Positions 17,781 to 26,953 of a stretch of DNA of 64,000 bases are shown piece by piece (the stretch's first letter is position 1; every line of letters begins with the position of its first letter). The position numbers and the translations under genes are program-made. The stretch is from Candidatus Eiseniibacteriota bacterium (GTDB taxonomy: Bacteria; Eisenbacteria; RBG-16-71-46): contig JBGAML010000002.1 in NCBI GenBank assembly GCA_044223005.1, forward strand, positions 64,001-128,000, written 5' to 3'. The notes under the pieces were generated by a model. That model ran no database searches. It was not told the DNA's origin and worked only from the letters and a program-made list of their open reading frames with translations.

Positions 17781-20546
17781 TCAGCGCGCCCTGGAGCCGC
17801 CGGACTGGAACGTGCCGACGAGGTCGCGTTCGACCGTTGGCAGCACGTGCACGTGTTCCCACGTCGAAATCCCGCGCCGGTAGACCCACGCGGGGGAGGG
17901 ATGTGCGCGCAGCCGCTTCTCGAGCGGCGCCCACGCGGCGGCCGCGGCCTGCGGCCGGCCGGCGCGAACCTCGATGCCTCCCGCGACGATCGCCGCGAGG
18001 TCGCACCACGGGCCCCACGCCAGCGCCTGCCGTGCATGTGCGCGCGCGGTCTCGATCCGGCCGTCGGCGAGATCGGCCCATGCGCGCAGCGCCTCGGCGG
18101 TCGGGTTCTGCTCGTCGAGCAGCTTCGCGGCGTCCAGCTGCACGCGAGCGGCCGCGACGCGGCCCGCGCGCAGCAGGTCGCGCGCGTAGGCGCAGCGCAG
18201 GTCGGCGACGCCGGTACGCATGCGCACCGCGGCCTCGTACTGCGCCACGGCGTCGTCCGTGCGCCCCGCGAGCGCCAGCGCCGCGGCGCGGCCCTGCTGG
18301 CCCTCCGGGTTGTCCGACTGGTAGGCGAGCACCGAGTCGAACGCGGCGAGCGCGTGACGCGCGTCGCCGTCCGCCCACGCCATGCGCCCGAGCGCGATGT
18401 CGACCTGGTAGCGATCTTCGGCGCGCACCGCGTCGCGGCTCAGTGCCAGCGTGGCGCGCGCGGTCGCGAGCCCGCGGCCCGCGTGCCACGCGGCGCTCGC
18501 CAGCGCCACGCGCACCGGCCCGCTCGAGCCGTGCACCGCGGCCGCCGCGGTGGCGACCGATTCGGCGCGCGCCGCCTGCCCGCCCAGTTCGAGCGCGCGC
18601 GCGTACGCGACCATCGCGGTCTCGTTCGCCGGGTCGAGCGCGAGCGCGCGGCGGTAGAAGGGCAGCGCCTCGGCCACGAGCCCACGTTCGATCCGGTCGT
18701 CGCCGCCGGCGGCGAGCGCGATCGGCTCGCTCGCGTGCACGTCGGTGCGGGCCATGAGCCGCTCGATCAGCCGGCGCTCGTCGGGATCGATGCGGTCCAG
18801 CCGCTCGCGCGTCACCTCGCGCGGATCGTAGGCGTCGCGCATGGGCGAGTAGAGCCCGTTGGCGCCCTCGGCGAAGTACTCGAACACGCTGCCGCCCGCG
18901 TAGCGCGACTGGTAGCCGTCGTGCGTGCGGTCGTCGCGCTCCTTGGCGCGGCGATAGAGCTCCTGGATCTCGCGGCCGTCGTCGGCGGGCAGCACGGCGT
19001 GCACCTGGTGCGAGAGCTCGTGCAGCACCGTGTTGTAGCGGTCGAAGATCGTGCGCTCGACGTCCTCGATGCCGGTCACCGTGTGGTAGCCGCCGCAGCC
19101 GCGCACGTCGTCCCAGAGCCGCGAGTCGTACTCGATCCGCTGGTCGCGCAGCGTGCCCTGTGCCGGGCACTCGGAGAGCCGCATGTACATCGGCTTGATG
19201 AAGTAGGTCGCGCCGCCCTCGACGAGCACGGGCACGTAGGCCTTCCACGGCGCGATCGAGAGCGCGACGCGCTTCTGGTGCCGCGGCGACAGCGAGCGCC
19301 AGTTGGCGACGAAGCGCTCGATCTCCGGTACGTCGGGCATGGGCATCACGGCGAAGCGCGCCTCGTAGCCCGCGCGGTGAACGTCGACCACGAACCGCTG
19401 CGCCTCGAGCGCCTTGGCCAGAACGGCGTGCGCGCGCCCGTACTCGGGGCACGAACGCAACGCCGCGAAGCAGCCGTCGCGCGCCTCGGCGAAGCGTCCA
19501 TCCTCGAAGTCGAGCGAGGCGAGACGCACGCGCGCGTCGGACCAGCCCGGGTGCGCGGCGACGATCGCGCCGTACGCCGTGCGGGCGCCGTCACGCGCGC
19601 CGGCCGCGAGCAGCGAATCCGCGCGCCGGATCGCGCGTGTGCCGCGCGCGTCGGCGAACGCCGCCGGATAGGCCGCGAAGAGTTGCGTGTAGTTGCGCCG
19701 CGCGTAGCCGTTGCCGAGCAGGTAGTGCGCGGCGTCGTGGTAGGGCGCGAGCCGCACCGCCCACTCCGCCGCCGAGATCGCCTCGTCCGTGCGCCCGGTG
19801 CGGATCAGCGTCTCCGTGAGCGCCATCAGCACGTCGGCGGTGCCGTCGTTCGCGAGCGCCTCGCGCAGCGTGGCGAGCGAGCGGTCCCACTCGCGGTGCT
19901 TCTGCTGCACGAGCGCGAGCCCCGTCAGCGCGAGCGCACGCCGCGCCGACGTCGTGTCGCCCCACGCCGGCCGCGTTGCGGGCGCGGGGCACGCGGCGAG
20001 CGCGCGCGTGAACAGCGACTCGGCGCGCGGGTACGCGAGCTGGTCGTACGCCACGCGGGCAGCGGCAAGCAGCTCGGGGATCGCCGCCGCGTCGTCGCCG
20101 CGCGCGAGCGCCACGCGCGCGATCGAATCGACGCTCGCGGCGTCGTCGCACGCGAGCCGATACGCGAGGTCGACCGAGCGCTCGCGCGGCAGCAGCCCGC
20201 CGTCCGCGCGCCACGCGGCGAGCGCGGACGGCAGCGCGGCGAAGTCCTGGCGCGCGAGCGCCACGCGCGCCGCCGCGACGGTCGCGCTGCGCGAGGTCGC
20301 ACCACTGGCGCGCATCGCGCTGTCGGCGCGATCGGGCTGCCCGGTGGCGAGCAGGAGCAGCACGCGCTCGGGGCCGAGCGGCCCGCGGTCGAGTTCCGCG
20401 ATGCGGGCGAGGCGCGCGTGATACTGCGCCGCGACCGGCGCGAAGAGGCCGGTATCGGGCGGCGTGGGTGCGGCGGCCGCCGGACGGTGGGCGAGCGCGA
20501 GCGCGGCGAGGACGAACGAGAGCGTGCGACGGATGGTCGGGGACAT
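17781..20546 (-). CDS. Exported TPR protein with central zinc metallopeptidase (ATLF/PPEP-like)
   Basis: Signal peptide MSPTIRRTLSFVLAALAL; many TPR helices; WDDVRGCGG...NTVLHELSHQVH...YAGGSVFEYFAEG. Confidence 0.8.
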   Translation of the reverse strand: MSPTIRRTLSFVLAALALAHRPAAAAPTPPDTGLFAPVAAQYHARLARIAELDRGPLGPERVLLLLATGQPDRADSAMRASGATSRSATVAAARVALARQDFAALPSALAAWRADGGLLPRERSVDLAYRLACDDAASVDSIARVALARGDDAAAIPELLAAARVAYDQLAYPRAESLFTRALAACPAPATRPAWGDTTSARRALALTGLALVQQKHREWDRSLATLREALANDGTADVLMALTETLIRTGRTDEAISAAEWAVRLAPYHDAAHYLLGNGYARRNYTQLFAAYPAAFADARGTRAIRRADSLLAAGARDGARTAYGAIVAAHPGWSDARVRLASLDFEDGRFAEARDGCFAALRSCPEYGRAHAVLAKALEAQRFVVDVHRAGYEARFAVMPMPDVPEIERFVANWRSLSPRHQKRVALSIAPWKAYVPVLVEGGATYFIKPMYMRLSECPAQGTLRDQRIEYDSRLWDDVRGCGGYHTVTGIEDVERTIFDRYNTVLHELSHQVHAVLPADDGREIQELYRRAKERDDRTHDGYQSRYAGGSVFEYFAEGANGLYSPMRDAYDPREVTRERLDRIDPDERRLIERLMARTDVHASEPIALAAGGDDRIERGLVAEALPFYRRALALDPANETAMVAYARALELGGQAARAESVATAAAAVHGSSGPVRVALASAAWHAGRGLATARATLALSRDAVRAEDRYQVDIALGRMAWADGDARHALAAFDSVLAYQSDNPEGQQGRAAALALAGRTDDAVAQYEAAVRMRTGVADLRCAYARDLLRAGRVAAARVQLDAAKLLDEQNPTAEALRAWADLADGRIETARAHARQALAWGPWCDLAAIVAGGIEVRAGRPQAAAAAWAPLEKRLRAHPSPAWVYRRGISTWEHVHVLPTVERDLVGTFQSGGSRAR

Positions 20547-20819
20547 GGCGGGCTCCGGTCGGGTGCGCCCGGGGCTCCGGGCGAGGTTCGCGCCGCAGAC
20601 TACGCCGGACGCCGCCCGGACGCCCAACGCGCCCGCGGCGCCGCGGCGACGCCCCGCGCGGCGGCCCGGGCGGCGCGGAATCGGTGGCAATTTGCACGAG
20701 GTGGACCTCCACGCGGGCCGAAACGTGTTGGGAGACGGAATTCGGCTTTCGCCCGCCGGCATGCGCGACCCATAATTCGTGCCCAATCCCACCTGCCCAC
20801 GAGGAGCACCGTCCCCCGA

Positions 20820-23726
20820 ATGACCTACCGCCCGATCCGTCGCGCCCCGGCCGCCGGTGGCGCCGTGGCCGCCCGGCCGCGCCGCGCCCTGTCCGTGCTC
20901 GCGATCGCCCTCGCCGCGCTGTTCGTCTTCGCTCCGCGCGAAGCCGGTGCGGCGAAGCGCCTCTACATCGCCAACGACGACCACACCGACTACGTCTGGT
21001 CCGGAACCGCCGCGCAGTACCGCACCGCGTTCCAGGCGATGCTCGACTTCTACATGTCGCAGGCCGAGGCGACGGCGGCGAACCCGTCGGATTCGCGCGG
21101 GCGTTTCAACTGCGACTGCAGCCTGTGGGCGTGGGAGTACGAGCACGCGCGGTCCGCCGCGGACTTCACGCGGCTCGCGGACCACCTGCGCGCGGGCGAC
21201 ATCAGCATGCCGCTCAACCCGGCCGTGCTCTGCTACGGCGGCTCGTCCACCGAGTCCGTGCTGCGCGGCATGTACTACGCGGGCCGGCTCGAGCGCCGGC
21301 TCGGTATGCGGTTCCCGCTCGTGGCGGCGATGGAGAACCAGACGCTGCCCGGCGGCATCGCGTCGCTGTGGGCCGGCGCGGGCGCGCAGTACTCGTGGCG
21401 CGGGGTCTGCGGCTGCGCCAGCAAGACGACGTTCACGCCGCGGCCACGCGAGATCTACCAGTTCGTCGGGCCCGATGGGCAGGGCGTCACGATGAAGTGG
21501 AACACGCAGACCAACTCGTGGACGAGCCTCGGCGGCTACGCGGAGGCGTTCGATCCCGCCGGCGCCGTCGCCTTCATGACGAACGACGCGGGCTGGCTCT
21601 CGCGCTGGCCGTACGACGTGGGCGGCGCGTTCGGCCACGGCGGCGATTCGCTGCAGAGCACCACGAACGCGTTCGTCGCCGCGTCCCAGAACCTCTCCGA
21701 CGCGAGCCGCCGAGTGATCGTCTCCAACGAGACCGACTTCTTCCAGGATTTCCTCGCCAGCTACGGCGGGCAGGTCCCGACGTTCGCGGGCAGCTTCGGC
21801 AACGAATGGGAGCTCTACCAGGCTTCACTCGCGGCCGTGACCGCCGACTTCCGGCGCGAGATGGAGAAGCTGCGGACGGCCGAGGCGCTGGCCACGGTCG
21901 CGTCGCTCCACCAGCCGGGCTTCATGAGCACGCGCACCGCGGCGCGCGACTCGGCGTTCATGGCCGCGGGGCTCTTCTACGAGCACGACTGGACCGGCGA
22001 CGGTGTCGTGCCGCGCGCGACGCGCATGCAGTTCGAGCGCGACCAGCTCACGGTGCTGCGGAACTACGTCGACCCGCTGCAATCCGATGCCCTCGCCGCC
22101 GTGGCGTCGCGCGTCTCGAACCCGGCGGGCACGCAGCGCGTCATGGTCTTCAATCCGCTGTCCTGGAAGCGCACGGACGCCGTCGACGTGACCACGACGC
22201 TCGTGCCGCCGCTCAAGGTGGTCGACGTCGCGACCGGCATCGAGGTCGCGAGCCAGGTGATGTCGACGGGACCCACGGTCGTGCGCGTGCTCGCGAGCCT
22301 GGTGCCCGCGGTCGGCTATCGCGTCTACGAGCTGCGCTCGGGCAACCCGTCGCCCTGGCCGGCCTCGGCCGAGGTCTCGCTGCCGGCGTTCGACAACGGC
22401 ACGTACGCGGTCACGCTCACCGGTCGCGGCGCGCTGGCGAGCGTGATCGACCACCGCGATGCGGATCGCGAATACGTCGACGTCGCCTCCGGCGGGGCGC
22501 TCGACGCCGGCTTCGGCACCGGCACGGTGACGCTGGAGAGCACCGGGCCGGTGTCGACGACGCTGCGTGTCGATGCGGCGAGCACGCCGCCGCGCCGCGT
22601 GCGGGTGACGCTCTACGCGGGCGTGGACCGCATCGACGTGCAGGACGAGCTCCTCGGCAACTTCTCGAACGCGATCACCTACGGCACGCGCTTCGCGCTC
22701 GCGGGTGCGACGCTGCGCCACGAGGAGGTCGGCATGATCGCGAAGGTCGCGCGCGCCGCGCAGGGCGGCGACTACGCCGACCAGAACGCGCGCACCGACT
22801 ACCTCTCGTTCGGGCACTTCCTCGACTTCTCCCTGGCCACTCGGGGCGTCACGGTCTCCAACGCGGACGCGTCGTTCTTCCGCGCGGGCAACAGCACGCC
22901 CACGGCCCTCGACGCGACGACGCCGTCGTTCGAGGCCGTGGCGGGCATGCAAGTCGACGGTCCCGGTCTCGGCTTCGCCGACCAGGGCGGCGACACGTAT
23001 TTCCTGAACCGCTTCGCGCTCCGGACGCACGGCGCGTACGACCCCGCGGCGGCGATGCGGTTCGCGCTCGAACACCAGAACCCGCTCGTCGTGGCGCCGG
23101 TGACCGGCGGAGCCACCGCGCCGCTGCCGGCGACGACGTGGTCGCTGCTCTCGATCTCGTCGAACGACGTGCTGCTGTGGGCGCTGAAACCCGCGGAGGA
23201 GGGCGTCGACCACGGCGTGATCGCGCGCGTGTGGAACCTCGCCGAGGGCACGCGCAACTTCCAGCTCTCGCTGCCCGCCATCGGGATCACGACCGCGACG
23301 CGCACGACGCACGTCGAGACCGACCTCGCGCCCGCCACGGTGTCGGCCGGCGTGCTCGCCGACGCGATCGACCGGCAGCAACTGCGCACGTACCGGCTCA
23401 TGGTGACGCCGGAGTCCGCGGTCGTGGTGCCCGGCCCCGTCACGCCCTCGCTCGCGCTCTCGGTCTACCCGAACCCGCTCGGGCGCACCGGACCCGGCCG
23501 CATCGCGTTCACGCTGCCCGCGGCCGCGCGGGCGCGCGTCACGGTGCGTGACCTGCGCGGCGCGCTCGTCGCGACGCCGCTCGATGCGAACCTGCCCGCG
23601 GGCCGGCAGGACGTGGCGTGGGACCGGCGCGACGCGCACGGCCGGCCGGTGCGCGCGGGGCTCTACTTCGTCGAGGTCGAAGCCGGCGGCGTACGCGCCC
23701 ACGCGCGGATGACCGTGCTCGATTGA
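20820..23726 (+). CDS. Secreted GH38-like (alpha-mannosidase-fold) protein with C-terminal FlgD-Ig-like domain
   Basis: Signal peptide; NDDHTDYVW; FYEHDW; VFNPLSWKRTD; LLWALKPAEEG; tail YPNP...WDRRDAHGRPVRAGLYFV. Confidence 0.75.
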   Translation: MTYRPIRRAPAAGGAVAARPRRALSVLAIALAALFVFAPREAGAAKRLYIANDDHTDYVWSGTAAQYRTAFQAMLDFYMSQAEATAANPSDSRGRFNCDCSLWAWEYEHARSAADFTRLADHLRAGDISMPLNPAVLCYGGSSTESVLRGMYYAGRLERRLGMRFPLVAAMENQTLPGGIASLWAGAGAQYSWRGVCGCASKTTFTPRPREIYQFVGPDGQGVTMKWNTQTNSWTSLGGYAEAFDPAGAVAFMTNDAGWLSRWPYDVGGAFGHGGDSLQSTTNAFVAASQNLSDASRRVIVSNETDFFQDFLASYGGQVPTFAGSFGNEWELYQASLAAVTADFRREMEKLRTAEALATVASLHQPGFMSTRTAARDSAFMAAGLFYEHDWTGDGVVPRATRMQFERDQLTVLRNYVDPLQSDALAAVASRVSNPAGTQRVMVFNPLSWKRTDAVDVTTTLVPPLKVVDVATGIEVASQVMSTGPTVVRVLASLVPAVGYRVYELRSGNPSPWPASAEVSLPAFDNGTYAVTLTGRGALASVIDHRDADREYVDVASGGALDAGFGTGTVTLESTGPVSTTLRVDAASTPPRRVRVTLYAGVDRIDVQDELLGNFSNAITYGTRFALAGATLRHEEVGMIAKVARAAQGGDYADQNARTDYLSFGHFLDFSLATRGVTVSNADASFFRAGNSTPTALDATTPSFEAVAGMQVDGPGLGFADQGGDTYFLNRFALRTHGAYDPAAAMRFALEHQNPLVVAPVTGGATAPLPATTWSLLSISSNDVLLWALKPAEEGVDHGVIARVWNLAEGTRNFQLSLPAIGITTATRTTHVETDLAPATVSAGVLADAIDRQQLRTYRLMVTPESAVVVPGPVTPSLALSVYPNPLGRTGPGRIAFTLPAAARARVTVRDLRGALVATPLDANLPAGRQDVAWDRRDAHGRPVRAGLYFVEVEAGGVRAHARMTVLD

Positions 23727-23853
23727 CCCCGGGCCGCGGCCCGGGCGAACGCCCGGACCGCGGCCCGCTTCGGTCTTGCCCACGCCCGGACCTCGCGGCA
23801 TGATCGGCCGTCGCCGCCGCTCGCCGATCCATCCCTCCGACGAGGTCTTCCGC

Positions 23854-25893
23854 ATGCACCGGATTTCCCCCGCGCGCCTGAAGCCGGGCGTCTCGCTCGA
23901 CACGCTGCCCGGGCCGCGCCCGGGCGACGACCCGACCGCCTCCGCCCAGGGCCACCTCGTGCGCGGCCGCGCGCTCGTGTTCTGGGATCCGAAGCGCCCG
24001 GGCGAGAAGCTCGACGCGATCGACACCGACCAGATCACGCCCGCCGCCGACTGCGTCTCCGAGAGCCTCGAGACGCTCGACGAACGCTGGAAGGCCGGCA
24101 GCTTCCGCTACCTGATGCCGGACTTCCGCGCGCGCGTGCACGCCGGCGCGACGTTCCTCGTCGCGGGCGACCGGTTCGCGATCGGCAGTTCGCGCGAGAT
24201 GAGCCCCGCGGGGCTGAAGGGCGTCGCGGAGGAGAAGGGCCTCGAGATGGTCGTCGTGTGCGGGAACAACATGGGCGACATCTTCCGCCGCAACTCGTTC
24301 AACCTCGGCCTGCACGTGGTGCAGAGCCCCGAGGCCGTGGCCGACGCGCAGGACGACGACGAGTTCACGTTCGATCCCGTCACGCGCGCGCTGGTCAACG
24401 TGACGCGCGGGCGCTCCTACGCGCCGGTGCCGCTCACTCCCAAGGAGGACGAGATTCGCCGCACCGGCGGCATCTTCGCGATCGGCCGGCGCGAGTTCCG
24501 CGACTCCGTGCGCCGTGCGCCCGAGATCGTGTGGCCCGACGCCGCCACCGCGCGCACGCTCACGACGACCGAGCAGATCCTGTGGGCGCATCGCGTCGAC
24601 AAGGACGCCGTCGTCGCGCCGGGTGCGACGCTGCGCGTGTACGCGGACCTGCTGCCGGCGAGCGACGGCACGGCGCCGTTCGCGATCCACACGTTCAACC
24701 AGGTGACGGGCGGGCAGGCGATCTGGCCCCGGCAGCTCGCGATCGCGAACGACCACTTCGTGTTCACCGGCGTGGAGTCCGACGACAAGCAGACGTCCAT
24801 CGGCCGCGCGTTCGCCACGATGCACGGGATCGGCAAGCCGTTCTACGCCACGCCCGGCGATGGCATCTTCCACTTCTACTTCCCGGAACAGGGGCTCGTG
24901 CAGCCCGGCATGATGATCCCGGGCGCCGACTCGCACTCGCGCGCCTACGGTGCGTACGGCGCGATCGGGATCGGCGTGGGCTCGACGACGCTCGGGTTCG
25001 GCTGGAGCACGGGCTACATCTTCACGACGGTGGCGAAGCGCCGGCGCGTGGTGTTCCGCGGCCGGCTCGAGCCGTGGGTGACCGGCAAAGACCTCGTGCT
25101 CGAACTGCTGCGCCGCTGGGGCGCGCCGCAGTCGCAGGGCATGAGCGTCGAGTTCGTCGACGCCGACCGGCAGCTGCCGGTCGCCTACCGCAACACGATC
25201 TGCAACATGATGGCCGAGGCCGAGAGCTGGAACGGCATCTTCGCCGCCGACGAGATCACCGAGGCGTGGTTCGCGGCCAAGGGCATGACCGAGCTGCCGT
25301 ACCCGCGGCTCACGCCCGGCGCCGACGTCGAGTGGGCGATCGACGAGACGCTCGAACTCGGCGATGTGCGCCCGATGATCGCGAAGCCGTTCAGCCCGGG
25401 GAACGCGTTCGCCGCCACCGAGGTCGCGCGCGAGCGGCTCGTGTTCGACAAGGCGATGATCGGCTCCTGCACCAACGGCGGCTACGACGACCTGCTCGCC
25501 GCGGCGCTCGTGCTGCGCGCCGCGCGCGGAAAGGGCGCGACGCGCGCCGTGCGCGAGTTCGTGATCTTCCCGGGCTCGGGCGGCGTGAAGCGCCAGATCG
25601 AGACGCCCGACCCGCGTCTCGGCGGCGAGAGCATCGCGCACGTCTTCCGCGAAGCGGGCGGACAGATCCGCGAGAGCTGGTGCGGCCCGTGCTTCGGCCA
25701 GGGGCCCGACGCGCTCACCCAGGGCCAGCGCGCGATCACGAGCTTCAACCGCAACTGGACGAACCGCATGGGCCTCGGGGGCGAAGGCTACCTCGCGAGC
25801 CCGAGCGTGGTCGCGGCGAGCGCGCTGCTCGGCTACATGGCGCCGCCGAGCGAACTGGGGCTCACCTGGAACGCGGAGGCGTTCGCGGTCTGA
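23854..25893 (+). CDS. Aconitase-family hydro-lyase; LeuD-like swivel domain fused N-terminal to a LeuC-like domain
   Basis: IDTDQI; GSSRE; IFRRNSFNLG; GADSH; IGSCTNG; SWCGPCFG (three Fe-S cysteines); SFNRNW..RMG; YLASP. Confidence 0.85.
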   Translation: MHRISPARLKPGVSLDTLPGPRPGDDPTASAQGHLVRGRALVFWDPKRPGEKLDAIDTDQITPAADCVSESLETLDERWKAGSFRYLMPDFRARVHAGATFLVAGDRFAIGSSREMSPAGLKGVAEEKGLEMVVVCGNNMGDIFRRNSFNLGLHVVQSPEAVADAQDDDEFTFDPVTRALVNVTRGRSYAPVPLTPKEDEIRRTGGIFAIGRREFRDSVRRAPEIVWPDAATARTLTTTEQILWAHRVDKDAVVAPGATLRVYADLLPASDGTAPFAIHTFNQVTGGQAIWPRQLAIANDHFVFTGVESDDKQTSIGRAFATMHGIGKPFYATPGDGIFHFYFPEQGLVQPGMMIPGADSHSRAYGAYGAIGIGVGSTTLGFGWSTGYIFTTVAKRRRVVFRGRLEPWVTGKDLVLELLRRWGAPQSQGMSVEFVDADRQLPVAYRNTICNMMAEAESWNGIFAADEITEAWFAAKGMTELPYPRLTPGADVEWAIDETLELGDVRPMIAKPFSPGNAFAATEVARERLVFDKAMIGSCTNGGYDDLLAAALVLRAARGKGATRAVREFVIFPGSGGVKRQIETPDPRLGGESIAHVFREAGGQIRESWCGPCFGQGPDALTQGQRAITSFNRNWTNRMGLGGEGYLASPSVVAASALLGYMAPPSELGLTWNAEAFAV

Positions 25894-26953
25894 GCGACGC
25901 GGCGGGCGCGGCCGCCACTGGCGGCGCGCCCCAGCCGAGCGGGATCACCTCGAAGTCGTCCGCGTGCAACGAGTGGAACGCGGGGTTCAGCACGTCGTTG
26001 TCCCACGCGGGATCCATCGTGCCGCTGACGTACAGGTCGGTGCCGTTGTCCGCGACGATCAGGCCGTAGGTCTTCATCGCCTGGAAGATCTTCCGCACGT
26101 CGGCGGGGAACCCCGAGAGATCGACCGAGGCCTTGAGCCGCAGCCGCGTGCCCATCGGCGGCGCGCCCGACGTGGAGCCGGCGGTGTGGCTCGCGGGCCA
26201 GACGTGGCCGTTGGTCGCGCGCACCGTGACGCGAAACGCGTGGGTGATCGGCCCCGCGGCCACGACCTCGTCGTGGCGCACGAGCCCCGGCAGGATCGCG
26301 AGCCCCGCAGCGTCGGCGGAGGTCCAGCCTTCGGCGCGCCGCGCGTCGCTCGCGAGGTCGAACACCGCGCCGGAGCCGGCCTCCCAGCGCTGCAGCGAGC
26401 CGTTCCACTGCGTGGCCCACGTCTCGAAGAGCAGCCGGCGGTCGCGGTCGACCACGAGCAGGTGGCGATCGCCGCTGCTGCCGCCACCCGCCACGCCGCC
26501 CTCGATCACGTTCGCCTGCGTGCGCGCTTCGAGCGGAATCGGGTAGCCCGTGGGGCGCCCGGGCGCGCCCGCATCGCTCTGCGAGCCGTACGGCGAGAAC
26601 GCGACCGCCTTCAGCGCGACGTTCGCGCCGACCACGACGTATGGGATGCCGTAGGGCGGCGGTCCGAAGTCGGGATGCATGCGCCGCGTGGGCGTGGAGT
26701 CCGCGGGCGTGCGGCCGCTGATCCAGTCGATGAACGCCTTCGAACCCGGATCCACCGGTGCGCCGCTGACGTCGACGTTCCACCAGTTCGTGGCGGGGAA
26801 GAGCGTACCGGGATCGCCGAGCACGACGACGCTGTCGGACGCGGGGCTCGTGCTCGCGCCGGGTGCGGGCGCGGCGGACTTCGTGCCGCTGCCGCAGCCG
26901 GCGAGCAGCAGCGCGGCCGCCAGCGCGCCGGCGCGGCGGAGCCGCGCGCTCAC
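25862..26953 (-). CDS. Uncharacterised lipoprotein
   Basis: Lipobox LLLAGC; FPATNWWNVD; GDRH; WTSADAAGL; YGLIVADNG; GTGA overlap with the upstream gene. Confidence 0.75.
   Translation of the reverse strand: MSARLRRAGALAAALLLAGCGSGTKSAAPAPGASTSPASDSVVVLGDPGTLFPATNWWNVDVSGAPVDPGSKAFIDWISGRTPADSTPTRRMHPDFGPPPYGIPYVVVGANVALKAVAFSPYGSQSDAGAPGRPTGYPIPLEARTQANVIEGGVAGGGSSGDRHLLVVDRDRRLLFETWATQWNGSLQRWEAGSGAVFDLASDARRAEGWTSADAAGLAILPGLVRHDEVVAAGPITHAFRVTVRATNGHVWPASHTAGSTSGAPPMGTRLRLKASVDLSGFPADVRKIFQAMKTYGLIVADNGTDLYVSGTMDPAWDNDVLNPAFHSLHADDFEVIPLGWGAPPVAAAPAASLRPRTPPRSR

Noticed and set aside
17769..23726. 1985-aa ORF as a single giant protein
   Set aside because: The first ~1000 codons are the antisense shadow of the TPR peptidase; the real gene starts at 20820 with an RBS and signal peptide.
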